From Kiritimatiellia bacterium (GTDB taxonomy: Bacteria; Verrucomicrobiota; Kiritimatiellia; RFP12; UBA1067): 64,000 nt of DNA. Positions 46,801-55,500 of the stretch are shown here, in pieces. The position numbers and the translations under genes were made by a program. Location of the stretch: NCBI GenBank assembly GCA_024405395.1, contig JAKSOW010000001.1, forward strand, positions 6,277-70,276. The letters run 5' to 3'. Each line of letters begins with the position of its first letter. Position 1 is the stretch's first letter. The notes beneath the pieces are model-generated. The model was given only the letters and a program-made list of their open reading frames with translations. It was not told the origin of the DNA and did not search any database.

Positions 46801-48383
46801 GCAACGTGGTGCTTGTGGGCACCGCCGCCAGTGCCGACGACGTCACCGCTCCAGTTTCGGTCACGGTGGCGAATGGCGGCGAATTCCGCTGCGAATCGTT
46901 CACCAACAATCTTCTGCAGAAAACCTCCGCGTCTCCGCTCACGATTGTCGTCGGCGAGGGCGGGGCGTTCCTGGTGGACCACTTCGCGAATCTTCCCGGC
47001 GGCATCGTCGACATGACCGTGGACGGCGGCATTCTGGGCAATGCGCAGATCAACGGGCGGCAGCTGGGCGCGCGCAAGATTCTTGCGGCCGCAAACTTCG
47101 CGAAGCTGGCGGTGGGGCCGAAGGGCATGACCGTTCGGGCAAAGGGGAAGACGCCGGCGGGCGAGGCGATCACCTGTGTGGTCGGCACGCCGCTTTCCGG
47201 CTCGGGCCCGATCACGATTGACGCCGACCGCGGCAACAGGGTGGAGTTCGCGGACGGCAGCGCCTTTGAGGGCCGCCTGGTGATGAACGCCGGTGCGTTG
47301 CGCATTCCGGCGGGGATGACGCTCACGGCCGACGACATCTCCGGGCTGGACGCGCTTGAGCTTGAGGGCACGCTCGTCTGCCAGGTCGCCGATGGCGCCA
47401 AGATCTCACTGAATTGTCCGGTGACGGGTGGCGGCCGGATCGTCAAGACGGGCGGCGGCACGTTGCGCCTGGCCGCCCATGTGGCGGCAGACGTCCTGGA
47501 GGCACGCGAGGGCGTGGTGGAGGTGGGGGCTTCCTTCAATGCCGTTCGCCGGGTGCGCTTCGGACGCGGCATCGTGAAGCTCGCCGCCAAGGAGGCCCTG
47601 TCGCTCGCGGAACTGGAATGGACGGATCCTTTGGCGGCAATGGACACGTGCGCCTATCTGGACCTGAATGGCTTCGCCAACACCAATGGCGTGCTCGTCT
47701 CGGTGACGCCCGCTGCGGCGGACGGACACTTCTGGGTGAAGAACAGCGGGTCCGGTACGGTCGTGTGGACGCTCGTCAATCGTGCACCGGGCACGAATGT
47801 TGCCTATCTGGCCACCGCCGAACGCGTGCGCGTGAACATCAAGCGCGTTTCCGTCCCGAGCCCCCGGGGCACGCAGATCATGAGCAATCTGGTGGTGAGG
47901 GCCAATGGCTATGGTTTCACCGCCGCCTGCGAGAACTATGTGCTGGCGGGCGATTGCCATTTCCCCAACCTTGAGAATCTGCAGTTCAACAGCGGGGCGA
48001 AGACTGTGCTCGAGTTCGCGAACCCGAAGCCAGACGCGTTTCCGTCGCTGCGGCAGATCGTCATCGACAGCCACACGCTCACGCTCAACGACCGGGCCCT
48101 CGCCTCGCTGTATGCCCGGCGGCGGAAGTGGACGTACTCCAGCAATCAGGCCTCCAGCCTTGTGCTGCCGCCGAACAGCCGTCTGGTTGCGGCCGCCTGG
48201 ATCGAGCGTGGCGTCTCGCCCAGCGTGAATCACGCCAAGGGCGTGTACGGCCCCGAACAGTATGCCGAGGGCTGGCCCAATCGCACGCTCAAGCCCGCCT
48301 CGGCCGGCATTCGCGTGCTGTCCTCCGGTCCGGGGGCGGTGACGCTGCCCGACGAGGCCAACTTCATGTTCTTCATGCGATAG
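37854..48383 (+). CDS. giant (3509 aa) secreted adhesin/toxin-like protein: autotransporter-type beta-helical repeats, LamG/ConA-like lectin domain, possible transglutaminase-like Cys-His-Asp core, pectate-lyase-like beta-helix segment
   Basis: Signal peptide MGNYGLKSGLGGRLAAALCLFATAVHAASA is present. Repeats look like GGGTLVLTGANTFTGGVTVEAGYLV. The LamG-like segment is EAWFRADAWPSKETYLFQGF...VHIAAQWSVNGQARVFVNGKE. A candidate transglutaminase-like core is GYCGFECGPL...GYGHSFEQVFYDGKNHIYD. Beta-helix rungs occur around RVTNSQGVRIRNCDLSGWG. An extended -10 TGGTATCAT lies 25 nt upstream. Three long antisense ORFs are rejected. Confidence 0.85.
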   Translation: MGNYGLKSGLGGRLAAALCLFATAVHAASATFSHDANATVADSRRLTEATTIAVAKDARVVYSGVLSGPGSLRLTGGGTLVLTGANTFTGGVTVEAGYLVCSNALALGTGTATIMGQRDDYSGPCEIGFWGVGPGRSDSVTYANPIRVTGSSTALYPALYFFGQNCVLNGSVTAEQDLVFYEDHNAAKSINSANWDRYQHVLSATFNGPVTAAGMIGYRGMTRWAFNGKVTTPLFHTALTRPKRPDDIDSTDGNNNAHGAFLLNAANAIGEFRNARSPVYLGVENALAGSVLSWEKNTSLCTVGFFYSQLYGGSYRNQRVAGLSSVSAPVAASYDWRVHGASSANRFVLAGTGAAAETFAASAALTGSMSFIVDARPDYSQTLQDRHHTFSGTLAVSNGTLNVERGSFSNVTALVVGAHGTLRLDTPLSGGQVFPKLSSLEIVKGGVLAVPETMLLTTKTLIVNGTKKSPGLHYAESVPGFTGAAIVCLNADGSMPVVGDLTGAQTIREPFAALGDRMWRLAAGETLTFEGTLRRVEGMVTVVSPKNTANPARVVLKGTNSIDGALVTTAAVLQVSGLLANSLRQDQGQAANRGGSVVTVDGYPGGGYLFVSNAVIEKPVYLHGSGYGILRSAAATTTILKGHVAWPTPWPGFTAAKDSEIVFEGGFTSGHTLRTNGQGTFRVRNTPVTATASVGWNIGGGTVALDVCGNKFSYLCAGHYNGDTAAIVCNADRAFDVTANAGLVNGCWWNDGYSGFSVMTSGSGIVDLKGTVQQVNKYAGSSRSTLRGEAGARLEILQQTPDSRLKAPELYFASAIEGEVTVAMYGPGRLVLTNRVFETTGGLEATNGIVEIARGARWLGTGDVTLRGSARLVLHERDQLAPSVHLRIGEAAKIEIPAGTSLTVKTVDVWDGTGWLPLKTAGSHAAGDGGMLAGFITGGGTLNIVGEEVAAGVAMPLEWNVTYPVDVPYEVEIDTAKLHALGGIAANTGFRVFATVAGAMREVGVSCLAGRVPGRVALRFSVPAGTTALTCRAGVGRLELLDAQTADNLFAGVLASATGWVCDKTVSCAVRTNGLSIASTGAGNYYAKCSVPVPADWRGKSVRLEIDATSESVLPWGGFIRLWQYDANGTRLPESVSDVRWTSHMRPPEKLAQYRENGRIHPDCATVEARFEVRGTSTAFDLYGLPLADEEDTKARLLVSRLVLRRAAELPFPKYDDRFFSAGVSGDAGDTALRLGGEDHNGFFYATHSQAVWSEGMDSRDEAQNFFPAGDGTVEAWFRADAWPSKETYLFQGFQGYSAQKSANGRSELFSLRYTHSSKRLYLYMKDRQNTVFSAQATQALPVGEWVHIAAQWSVNGQARVFVNGKEALARDITGFRPVDLSAEQYPDEEIVTEFFLGSTSASARNTETAENAGAPFFQGAVDQLRVSTGTRYAGAFTPARRHVPDAATRALFAFDRSYDGESGGGCRFIRGSIRSFADRVRHTLDLGGNEVPYWPAEILPENDHRQVLNIDNYPDLPTVDEFLSARRATNAVFDVSPGATFTLNLPGTVYRDYVEIANTGTSPLLYPTVVNAGEIDPRSFGDIRDTLGLAELDDRACANKIFQFVLGASDYFMNHSAFFAPGTDTPGDVEYQALMMLNGYCGFECGPLNSMTKNLFTCSGGLPSSQTGGYGHSFEQVFYDGKNHIYDLSAQKFFPAMDNETAAYLEEAGDQPGIFHRIGGNPDHFIRKSRRGADASSPSFSEKVAMSLNPGERLRVWFDNDGEGNDLQCSKSSVQNDSALHKENYDDRCHAVAGSAGSIWRVHRHFPHYGNGFLVYEGPVDVANPAFAASTKSSAVYAVKSCYPITAAEYSAKLQDGTYAPMQLSTDRGATWRALPAGKVRYPVRARTEYLVRAMADPAKVVRFSAITEVQVNVRIFTGGVHAGANALTFKANGGEAARVTLGWREPAKRLEIRGGVYSGTIPGSERQLVLLDPASTLTLDVAGASEQAVVRAYGGLSATLADGRLTLAAGTLARGFGAVDVIDGDAVKQFTVLVLANARLATAANGGLVPAGTTHLLQPDVERVQPCLNFTNAASSATVGFAELPAGKYAVLPLDRFESHPAVVGSAPLLVSVPGIAGSFKMSYGANGTCTFLKAQYGKAGVTKRANFKWGHVTTTEGNSYYSGQMRVFDVPQAFSSLAVSCNATVTNGVELAAVLVAPCDRAGETEELYCDLLKVLCGYNCQPWRVNAGTEAAKGTLTLHPTYVNCSVDFEYAEDIAGLAVEYRAAGANAAWSRAPRFPRFTDKCENRGSILDLAEDTAYEVRIVTPGGAVLAHDTFRTWRSDVPVARTVTIDPATSSVPITISARGTEDGWIRYVLKPGSVLTNRTVSVGGSSAAVTFDVTGARNVLLDDMRLVGGARYVIRVTNSQGVRIRNCDLSGWGRVGVPRYDLPEGGKFYYDYNGTTKAINGDPAIYIGSGASAVTVERCYVHDPRGHANSWYYSHPAGPQAVMMFRPDHSVVLRWNDFCGGDWHRYNDVVEGDGNFFANGGFNRDADVYGNYMAFSQDDAIELDGGQRNVRCFDNRFEYNYCGVSVQGCMTSPSYVYRNLFSGMCDVFSLKGQTLKTSTNTSGVDAVTYVWDNFMWGGGSGTSFPNASKYDWTLEVTGNVLCANQKISNFGIATARSVNEGNVEGAQVNEGQLDASFPRRSLPFVLDRARLTGPRVVGGKAGASRPLGSVDVGAAVFRWEGANGVTSHWPFVCTAPVAISTNAVCTYDLRRDLVFAADVSSGPLPFVKTGPGAMVLAGDTDGTAFSFGTSQTGNGYPALPGYATRFFLPADGSMPTTGFAGIFSLMDGRFVVNRGRMTVKQTSSRAFIGGWTADAGETEKDVAFEVNGGRVDFNTIVYLGHRHGLLNFNTPNGPAKACLNVNGGTFFMGSSKSFVMGSYDVPSGRVLNSDLRLNVGRDGEFAMSPQYYAPFSVPQRRGQAAAITVNGGRFRSNVVLVGTAASADDVTAPVSVTVANGGEFRCESFTNNLLQKTSASPLTIVVGEGGAFLVDHFANLPGGIVDMTVDGGILGNAQINGRQLGARKILAAANFAKLAVGPKGMTVRAKGKTPAGEAITCVVGTPLSGSGPITIDADRGNRVEFADGSAFEGRLVMNAGALRIPAGMTLTADDISGLDALELEGTLVCQVADGAKISLNCPVTGGGRIVKTGGGTLRLAAHVAADVLEAREGVVEVGASFNAVRRVRFGRGIVKLAAKEALSLAELEWTDPLAAMDTCAYLDLNGFANTNGVLVSVTPAAADGHFWVKNSGSGTVVWTLVNRAPGTNVAYLATAERVRVNIKRVSVPSPRGTQIMSNLVVRANGYGFTAACENYVLAGDCHFPNLENLQFNSGAKTVLEFANPKPDAFPSLRQIVIDSHTLTLNDRALASLYARRRKWTYSSNQASSLVLPPNSRLVAAAWIERGVSPSVNHAKGVYGPEQYAEGWPNRTLKPASAGIRVLSSGPGAVTLPDEANFMFFMR

Positions 48384-48386
48384 GGG

Positions 48387-49271
48387 ATGCAGACGAGAAT
48401 GAACAGGATCTTCATGATGGTGGTGGCCGCAGTTGGCCTGGCGCATGCCACGGTGGTCGACCCCGGTGCCGGCGTTGCCGTGAACCTGGGCACGCTCACG
48501 GGCATGGAGAACGTGGAGACGTGCTCCGGCATCGTCACCGCCAGGCTTGGCAACGACTTCGGCGGCACGCTGAAGGCCTCGGGCGGCACGTTGGCGCTTA
48601 CGGGATTTGGTGCGCCCACGGCGCTTACGGTGCGAACGAAGTGGACGGATGCCGATGCGCCGCGTTCCCTGCCGTTCACGGTGCGCAAGAATGCGGAGTT
48701 CGACTGGTTTGAGGTGGAGCCCGCGGGCGGCATCCTCTCGCCTGGCACCGAGACGGAGTTCACCGTGCTGCTCAACACGGCGGTGATGACCAATCGCCAT
48801 TTCTATCGCGGGGCGTTCTTCGTGGCGGCCACGAATGGCCTGTCTCGTCCGGTGAGCGTAAGTGTGGAGACGGACTTCGTGCCGCCGTTTCACGCCGAGC
48901 GCCCTGGCGACATCGCCCTCTATGCCGATGTCGCCCATCCGGCTTCCGGCTCGGCCGAGGCGGGAGAGGCGGAATATGCCTTTGACGTCACCGTGGCCAC
49001 GAACTACTATTTCATGATCCACGGATCGGCGATGACAAAGCAGACGATTGCCGCCGCCGTGGACGGCGACTCCTATGCGAACAGCGTACAGCAGGTGATG
49101 TACTATCCCATTTGGACGATGATCGCCCCAGGCAAGGCCTTTGGCGACTACATGCGCGCCTATCCGCTGACGGTCGGGCGCCATGTGATCCGCATCAAGG
49201 CGGACTATGCCGCCTTCCCCTATGACGGGGTGGTGCTCACCACCAATCCCACCTCCTTCGAACCACGGTGA
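48387..49271 (+). CDS. secreted hypothetical protein encoded immediately (3 nt) downstream of the giant gene
   Basis: Signal peptide MNRIFMMVVAAVGLAHA is present (start 48387 or 48399). No recognised domain; beta-rich. Confidence 0.7.
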   Translation: MQTRMNRIFMMVVAAVGLAHATVVDPGAGVAVNLGTLTGMENVETCSGIVTARLGNDFGGTLKASGGTLALTGFGAPTALTVRTKWTDADAPRSLPFTVRKNAEFDWFEVEPAGGILSPGTETEFTVLLNTAVMTNRHFYRGAFFVAATNGLSRPVSVSVETDFVPPFHAERPGDIALYADVAHPASGSAEAGEAEYAFDVTVATNYYFMIHGSAMTKQTIAAAVDGDSYANSVQQVMYYPIWTMIAPGKAFGDYMRAYPLTVGRHVIRIKADYAAFPYDGVVLTTNPTSFEPR

Positions 49272-49335
49272 ACAAATTGTGAATACCGCAAAATCGTTCA
49301 TTATTGTGAACAATGAACCGAAACGGGAGGGCTTA

Positions 49336-49344
49336 TGGTATACT
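49336..49344 (+). promoter_or_regulatory. extended -10 element TGGTATACT about 190 nt upstream of the 2015-aa gene (long 5' UTR)
   Basis: Read directly. The same TGnTATA(A/C)T pattern recurs at 37822 and 56952. Confidence 0.3.
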
Positions 49345-49536
49345 ATTCGAGCTTCTTGGACACGGCATCGGGAGTTGAAGGAAGAAATGTGGTCATATTT
49401 AAGCAGATTACGGAGCTCGGTTCGGGAAATGAACCGTCGGACGAAATCGCACGGAGAACGTGTAACCTTAAGGTGAGACGCACGTAGACAAGACAAAAGG
49501 GCAAATTCAACGATTTAAAGGAAGGCAAGGATCCCA

Positions 49537-52500
49537 ATGAGTTTGACAATCAACGATTTCCGCAATGTCCTCGGCAAGGTGAATGATGGTGACGTCGTCT
49601 TCGGACGGACCGCGGCTGGCCTGGAGGACAAGAACGCCATCGAAAAGGCCAATTACGGCGGCACAATCGCCAAGCTGTTCCGCAACTACCGCACTGTGGT
49701 CTCGGATCCTGCCCGCAACCGCGAGATCCGTCAGGCCTTCATGAGCGCCATCGAGAATTCGCGGGAAGGTCGTGCGGCTCAGGCGGAGACGCTGAACGCC
49801 ATCCGGCAGCAGCTTGGCCTCGAGCCGGCGGACCAAATTGCCGCCCGACCGCTCACCCGACGCGACGTGCAGGCGATCCTGGAGCGTCTTGACGCCGACG
49901 TGAAGGTGCACAAGCTGGTTGTTAAGGAATTCGCCTCGCTCGCCAACCGCGGACTTTATGACGCCAACATGCTGAATGAGGTCACGGCGATTCTGGATGA
50001 ACCCCAGATGCGGACGATCAAGGCCTACAAGTCGCTTCTGCCGAAGAACTATCTGGGCCTGACGTCGGACGCCGCCACCAAGTTCGTCAAGAACAACATC
50101 AACGTGATCCGTGCCAATGTGGCCGGCGAGCTCTACATGCTGCTGCGTGAAGGACGTTTGAAAAATCCCGCCGCCCGTTTGACGCGGTATGACGTCGAAC
50201 TGACCGTCCGCCAGGTCGTACGCGACATCATGAAGGCCTATGCGGCGGGCGTTCCGGCACAGTCGAGCGTGACGCGCCTTCCGAAGGTGCCTGAGCAGCC
50301 GCAGGAACTGGATGCGAATCTTAAGGCGCGTTTCGACGTCCAGCCTGGCGAGGAGGGGGGCGGGACCAAGGCGGTGCCCAAGCTGAAGGCTATTCTGCCG
50401 GTGATTTTCGGTGATGCCGGCGAGGCTCCCGAGAATGGCCTCAGCTACGCCAAGCTGGCGGCCAAGGGGCTCTCGGCCATGCTGATGGACGACCTCTCGC
50501 GTCTGTTGGTGCGCCTTTCCGACGAAAACCACCACAACCTGAATGTCGTGAGCGACCAGGCCAACGCCGTGGCCGGTGGTCTGCTGGGGGTCGATCTCGC
50601 CGAGCTGGCCGCACTTGATCCTGCGGACCTGAAGAAGCTCGGCCGTCGGATTCTGCGTGAACTCGCGGGCGCAGGCGTCGATCTGGCTGCGCTGCCGCCT
50701 GGGGCGCTTCTTCAGCGGGTGGGCACGAAGATCCAGGAGGCGCTCCACCCCGCCGCGACCGACAAGCTGATCGCCGACCGTGTCGCGAACCTCTTCCCGA
50801 ACGCAACGAACGAGGTGAAGGAGAACGCCACGAAGGCGATCAAGGAACGCCTCGCAGGGGCGACGGACATCCAGAAGATGTCGGTGGCGGCCTACCGCAA
50901 GGCGGTGTTCAAGGCAGCTCTGCAGGGCGTGGCGGTGCCCGCCGAGGCGGATTCAAGCGTGCTCGACGAAATCGCACGCGATGTGGAGATGTCGATGAAC
51001 GAGACGGCCGAGACGCGTCGCAATCGTTTCATCGAGATAGGAAGCGACAAGGCCTGCAGCATGTTCTTCGCACTGTTCTCCGTCCACAAAGATGAAACGA
51101 AGGAACTTCTCGGCATGCTGTTGGCGCTCGTGGTGAAGTTCGGCCCAACGCGTTTGTACGAGGCCGGGATTCTTGAGAATGACCAGAGTTTCGGGGTCAA
51201 GGACGTGACAGGTAACGCAGCAAAGGAGGAGTTGTTGGTGTCGCGCATCCGTACGCTTGCCAACGAACTGAGCACCGCCGATGCGCGTTTGGTTGCCGAC
51301 TACGTGAAGTGTGGTGCCGCAGCCGCCGACAGTGGCATCCGCCTTGGCTTCGCCAATGCCTGGACGGACAAGCCGAAAGGGTACATGCCCGTGTTGGAGG
51401 CCTTCCGAGAGGGGCTTATCGATTTCGCGAATCTCAATCCTGTCGCCTGCCGTCGTCTGCTGCCCATATTCGTGAGTGTGTTCGCCGTGCAGGGCGGCGA
51501 AGAGACCAGTGGTTATGTCGAGCGCATTCCTCTGAACGAGTCGGATGAGGCCGTCGCTAATGGCGAAGATGTGGAGACGATCCGCGTGATCTATCCCGAG
51601 GTGCGTACGGCCCAGCTGAAGATGGGGAGCGACCTCTCGCGGTTCAGCATTGGGGAGCCGGAGCCTGATATGCGCAAGCGTCAGCTCTTCAACGCACCCG
51701 GCGCCCGATTCTCGTTGTCGTGCGGCTTCGGAACGGTTGACGTGGCGGCGATTCTGAAGCTTCTTTCGGAATGCGGCATCGATCCAGCTCGCCTCAACGA
51801 GCCTGAGACCTACCGGCAGTTCCTCGTCCTGCAGCATCTGGCGTCCGCCAACGGCTTCCACCTTGAGGGGCTCAAGGAATGGAGCGAGCGCACGGTGGGC
51901 AAGCCGTTTGCCGAGATCCACCTGATTGACATCGCCAAGCTGCTTGTGAAGCAAGGTGACGCGGACGCCGTGATCAAGGACAAGATGGACGACTACGGCA
52001 TCTTCTCCGGCAACAAGCCCAAGGTGGCGAACTTCGTCCGCGGACGCGTCACGCTGCAGGAGGCGAAGCTGTCCAAGGAGGAGATGGTGCAGCTTCGTCA
52101 GGCGCTTCTGTCGCTGACGGGCGCAGACGCCACCGTCACAACAAAGGTGATGGGCTATGACGTTACGCTCAGCCGCAGCGTGAACGGCACGCTGACGGGT
52201 GTCTTCGACGGGATGCCGTTCGCCTATCCGCGTCCGCTGAACGAGCTGGTGGCCGAGATCGAGAACGCGATCGTCGCCCAGGCCGGCGAATATTCGGTGG
52301 ACGACGTGAAGGCCATTCTGCCGCAGATCGAGAACGGCGTGCCTGTGGGGATGCCGATTGGCCGTGCCCGCGAGCTCGCCGTCGGCGTGCTCGCCGCCAA
52401 GCTCGGTGAGCTGCCCGTGACGTTCAGTGCCTTCTCCACGGTCGATCTCGTCACGAAGGCCGTAGCCGCCCTTGATGGCCGCTTCACGAAGGCGAACCTG

Positions 52501-55500
52501 CCGGCCGAACCCTCGAAGGCCTACAACAGCTCCGAAGTGATCGAGCTGCACGCGAAGCTCGTTTCTGCCGATCCGCTGACGCTCGACAAGGTGAAGCTGC
52601 CGTCTCAGCCGGAGCCGCTGTCGATCGCAGTGCGCCAGGCCCAGCCGCCTGCGCAGAAGACCGTCCACGACTTCGTGGCCGACCTCATCCTCAACAAGGA
52701 CACGTGGAGCTTCGACACGGCCGCCGCCGAGCCGGGCGCGCGCCTCAAGTCGGTGCTCAAGGACTATGGCCCCGAGCTTGTGCGCATCACGAAAGATCCC
52801 ACCCTGCTGAACACGCTTCCCGAGCAGATTCGGGATGACGTGAAGGCGATCTTCGCCGATCTCGCCGCCGTGGCGGAAAACATCGACGGCATGACGGCCA
52901 ATCAGCTCACGGCACTGGAGACGAAGGTGGGCGCGCTGATCGAGTCGGCCATGACGAAGCTGCAGGAGGTGGTGCGTGAGCTCTTCACGGCCCAGGCCCA
53001 GGCCAATGTGGGCAATGGCGAGCTGTGGCAGCGCACGTTCTCCGAGATCTCCGGCACCGGCGGCATCGACCCCAACACGGAGAACGGCCGGTTCATGGTG
53101 TCTGTGCTGAATTCGTATTTCACGGGTGCCGATCCCATCGAAAAGCGTGCCATGCTCTCCGCCTTCATCCGCAACACCAACAACGAAAGCTCCAAGGGCC
53201 GTCTGGTGGCGGAGCTGCTCAAGGGAGCCGGTCCGCTCCTGCAGAAGATGCTGCAGGGCCTGCCGCTCGACTCCTTCGGCCCCGAGACGAAGATCGCGCT
53301 CAAGGACATGAAGTCCAAGCTGGCACCGATTCCCGACGAGGTGGTCCGGGCCGAACTGCTGGAGCTCCTGCGCACGTCGAAGGGAGAGATCCTCTCGATC
53401 GAGGTGAAGAAGACGATCGGTGCGGCCACGGTTGGCCAGGCCCTCCTCTGCCACATCCGCACGAAGACCCACCCCGTGGCGGGTGAGGACGTCGTGATCA
53501 AGCTTCTGCGCCCGAATGTCGAGAACGCCATTCAGCGTGAGTTCGTGCGGCTGAACGAAATTGCCGGGCAGCAGAGCCCGGCCATGGCCAAGAGCTTCCG
53601 GGCGCAGTACGAGTCCATCCTCAAGGAACTTGACTTTACGCTTGAGGCCGCCAACATCGACATCGGGCGGACGGCCTACGACATGCCTGCGGACGTGGAA
53701 GGTGAGGCGGTGACGCAGGTTCGCTCGATGGCGCGCAGCACCGCCGTGCCGCCCCGTCGTGGCGTGATGGTGCTCGAGAAGGTCGAGGGCGACACCTTCG
53801 ACGGCTATGCCGAGCGCAGTTCGCGTGAGCTTGATGTGTCGCTCACGAAGCAGGGTGTGCGCGTGGACGTGGCCGAAGATCCGAATGCGCCGGTGAAGAA
53901 GACGATCTCGATCACGCAGCCCGGTCAGTTCCTGAGCGTCAAGCAGGAAGTCGATGGCCGGATTCGGCAGGGTGGCGCACGCCGCGAGAAGCTGGAGAAG
54001 GTGATCTCCGCCTGGGTGGATCAGGCGCTCTTCGGAACCGGCTTCATGCACTGCGACATGCATGCCGGCAACATCATGTGCAACGACGAGGCGGCCACCG
54101 TGATCGACTTCGGCAACGCCATGCGCCTGAGCGCGGCTGACCGTGACCGCCTCTGCGTGCTTGTCCTCTCCAGCCTGATCAGCAACGCGGACCTCTTCGC
54201 CGAACGGATCAAAGATTTCCTGCCGGACGAGGCGAAGGCCGTCTTCGAGGGGAAGAAGGACCTCGTTCTCGCCGATCTTGGGCACGTGCTCGCGAAGGGC
54301 ACGGGCAAGGACGTGGCCCGTCGCCTCCTGTCGGGCATTGCGATTCTCCAGAAGCACGGCATCCAGGTGCCGGCCTCCGTAAACGGCTTCGCGGCTTCGC
54401 TGACCCGTCTGGAGGCGGCGCTCGGTGACTTCGACGAATACCTGCACGACCTCGAGGACCAGGCTCGCGGCATCCAGTTTGCGCCGGAATGCAGCCATGC
54501 GCTGTCCAATCCCGACGAGCTCGTCAAGAAGGCGTTGCCGGTGTTCGGCCTCATCGACCAGGCGCTGCTGCTCCTCAGTGACGGCCAGACGAGAACGCTG
54601 GACGAACTGAGTGAGGCGCAGGGAGATCTGCTCCAGCAGGCGGTTGGAGAAAGAAACGGAATGGTTAAGCAAGAGGCCATTGTCGAACTCATGGAGAAGG
54701 GCGGCATGAAGGAAGCGTTCGCCGAACCGGACCGTGGCGTTGGCCTCCTGGATGCGTTCATGGCCAAATACGGTACGCTCCGGCTCTACAGCTCCTATGT
54801 GGGGTACTATGTGGAGGAGAAGAGCACGCAACTTGAGACGAGCATTGCGGAGTACAAGAGCCATGTGGCCGCAGAGCCCGCTCAGGACGCTCCCGAGCAC
54901 GCCGAATGGACGACGCGCCTGGCGAAGCTCCAGAGGATTCTGGCGGAGAAGATGCTGCGCCATGCGGCTACCCTGGTGTCCTCGACTCTGACCCATATGG
55001 CGGGACTGGGCGAGGTGCGCCCGCAGCGCACGTTCGACAGCCTCGTCTCCTCCACGATCGAAAGCCGCCTCCGCAGCCTGGGTCCCCTGGGGTTGGCCAA
55101 GTTCGTGAAGCTGGGCGTCACGAAGGCGATGGGCGAGGCCATCTTCGACGCACAGGACGATATCGACGCCTACGAGAACCGGCTTGCCGCCGCCGTGGCG
55201 CGTGCCGACAAGGAAGCGGACGCGCTGGGGCAAGACGAGACCGTTCCCTCGAGTGTGCGCCGCAAGCTCGTCAAGCAGGCCGAGGACTTCTGCCTGCCCA
55301 CGGAAGGCTTGCCCGAGGCCGCGACACTGCAGACGCCGGAAGGGCGTGGGCGGTTCCTCGACATCCTGCGCACGAATCTCAGCCGGGTGCGTCTGTCGCT
55401 CGGCAAGGAGGCATTGGCTCCCGCCGAGGCGAAGTACTTGGCGTGTGTGCTGCAGGGCGTGTTGGGCAAGTCGCTCACGACGCTGATGGGGGCGCTCGAC

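Noticed and set aside
48330-48383. Checked the C-terminus of the giant protein for an autotransporter beta-barrel or a T9SS/PEP-CTERM-type sorting signal
   Set aside because: The C-terminal about 300 aa are not obviously barrel-like, and the tail FMFFMR lacks the canonical terminal aromatic motif or a TM plus basic tail. The export route is left undetermined rather than calling it an autotransporter.
37767-49496. Three very long minus-strand ORFs (37767..41801, 41853..46535, 47406..49496; 1344, 1560 and 696 aa) antisense to the giant plus-strand gene
   Set aside because: The products are Arg/Gly/Ala/His-rich low-complexity strings with no motifs, typical stop-poor antisense frames in GC-rich DNA. 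The plus strand encodes a continuous 3509-aa protein with a signal peptide and recognisable repeat and domain structure.
50953-55233. 1426-aa minus-strand ORF antisense to the 2015-aa gene
   Set aside because: It has the same antisense artefact character. The plus-strand product contains a clear UbiB/ABC1 kinase-like domain.
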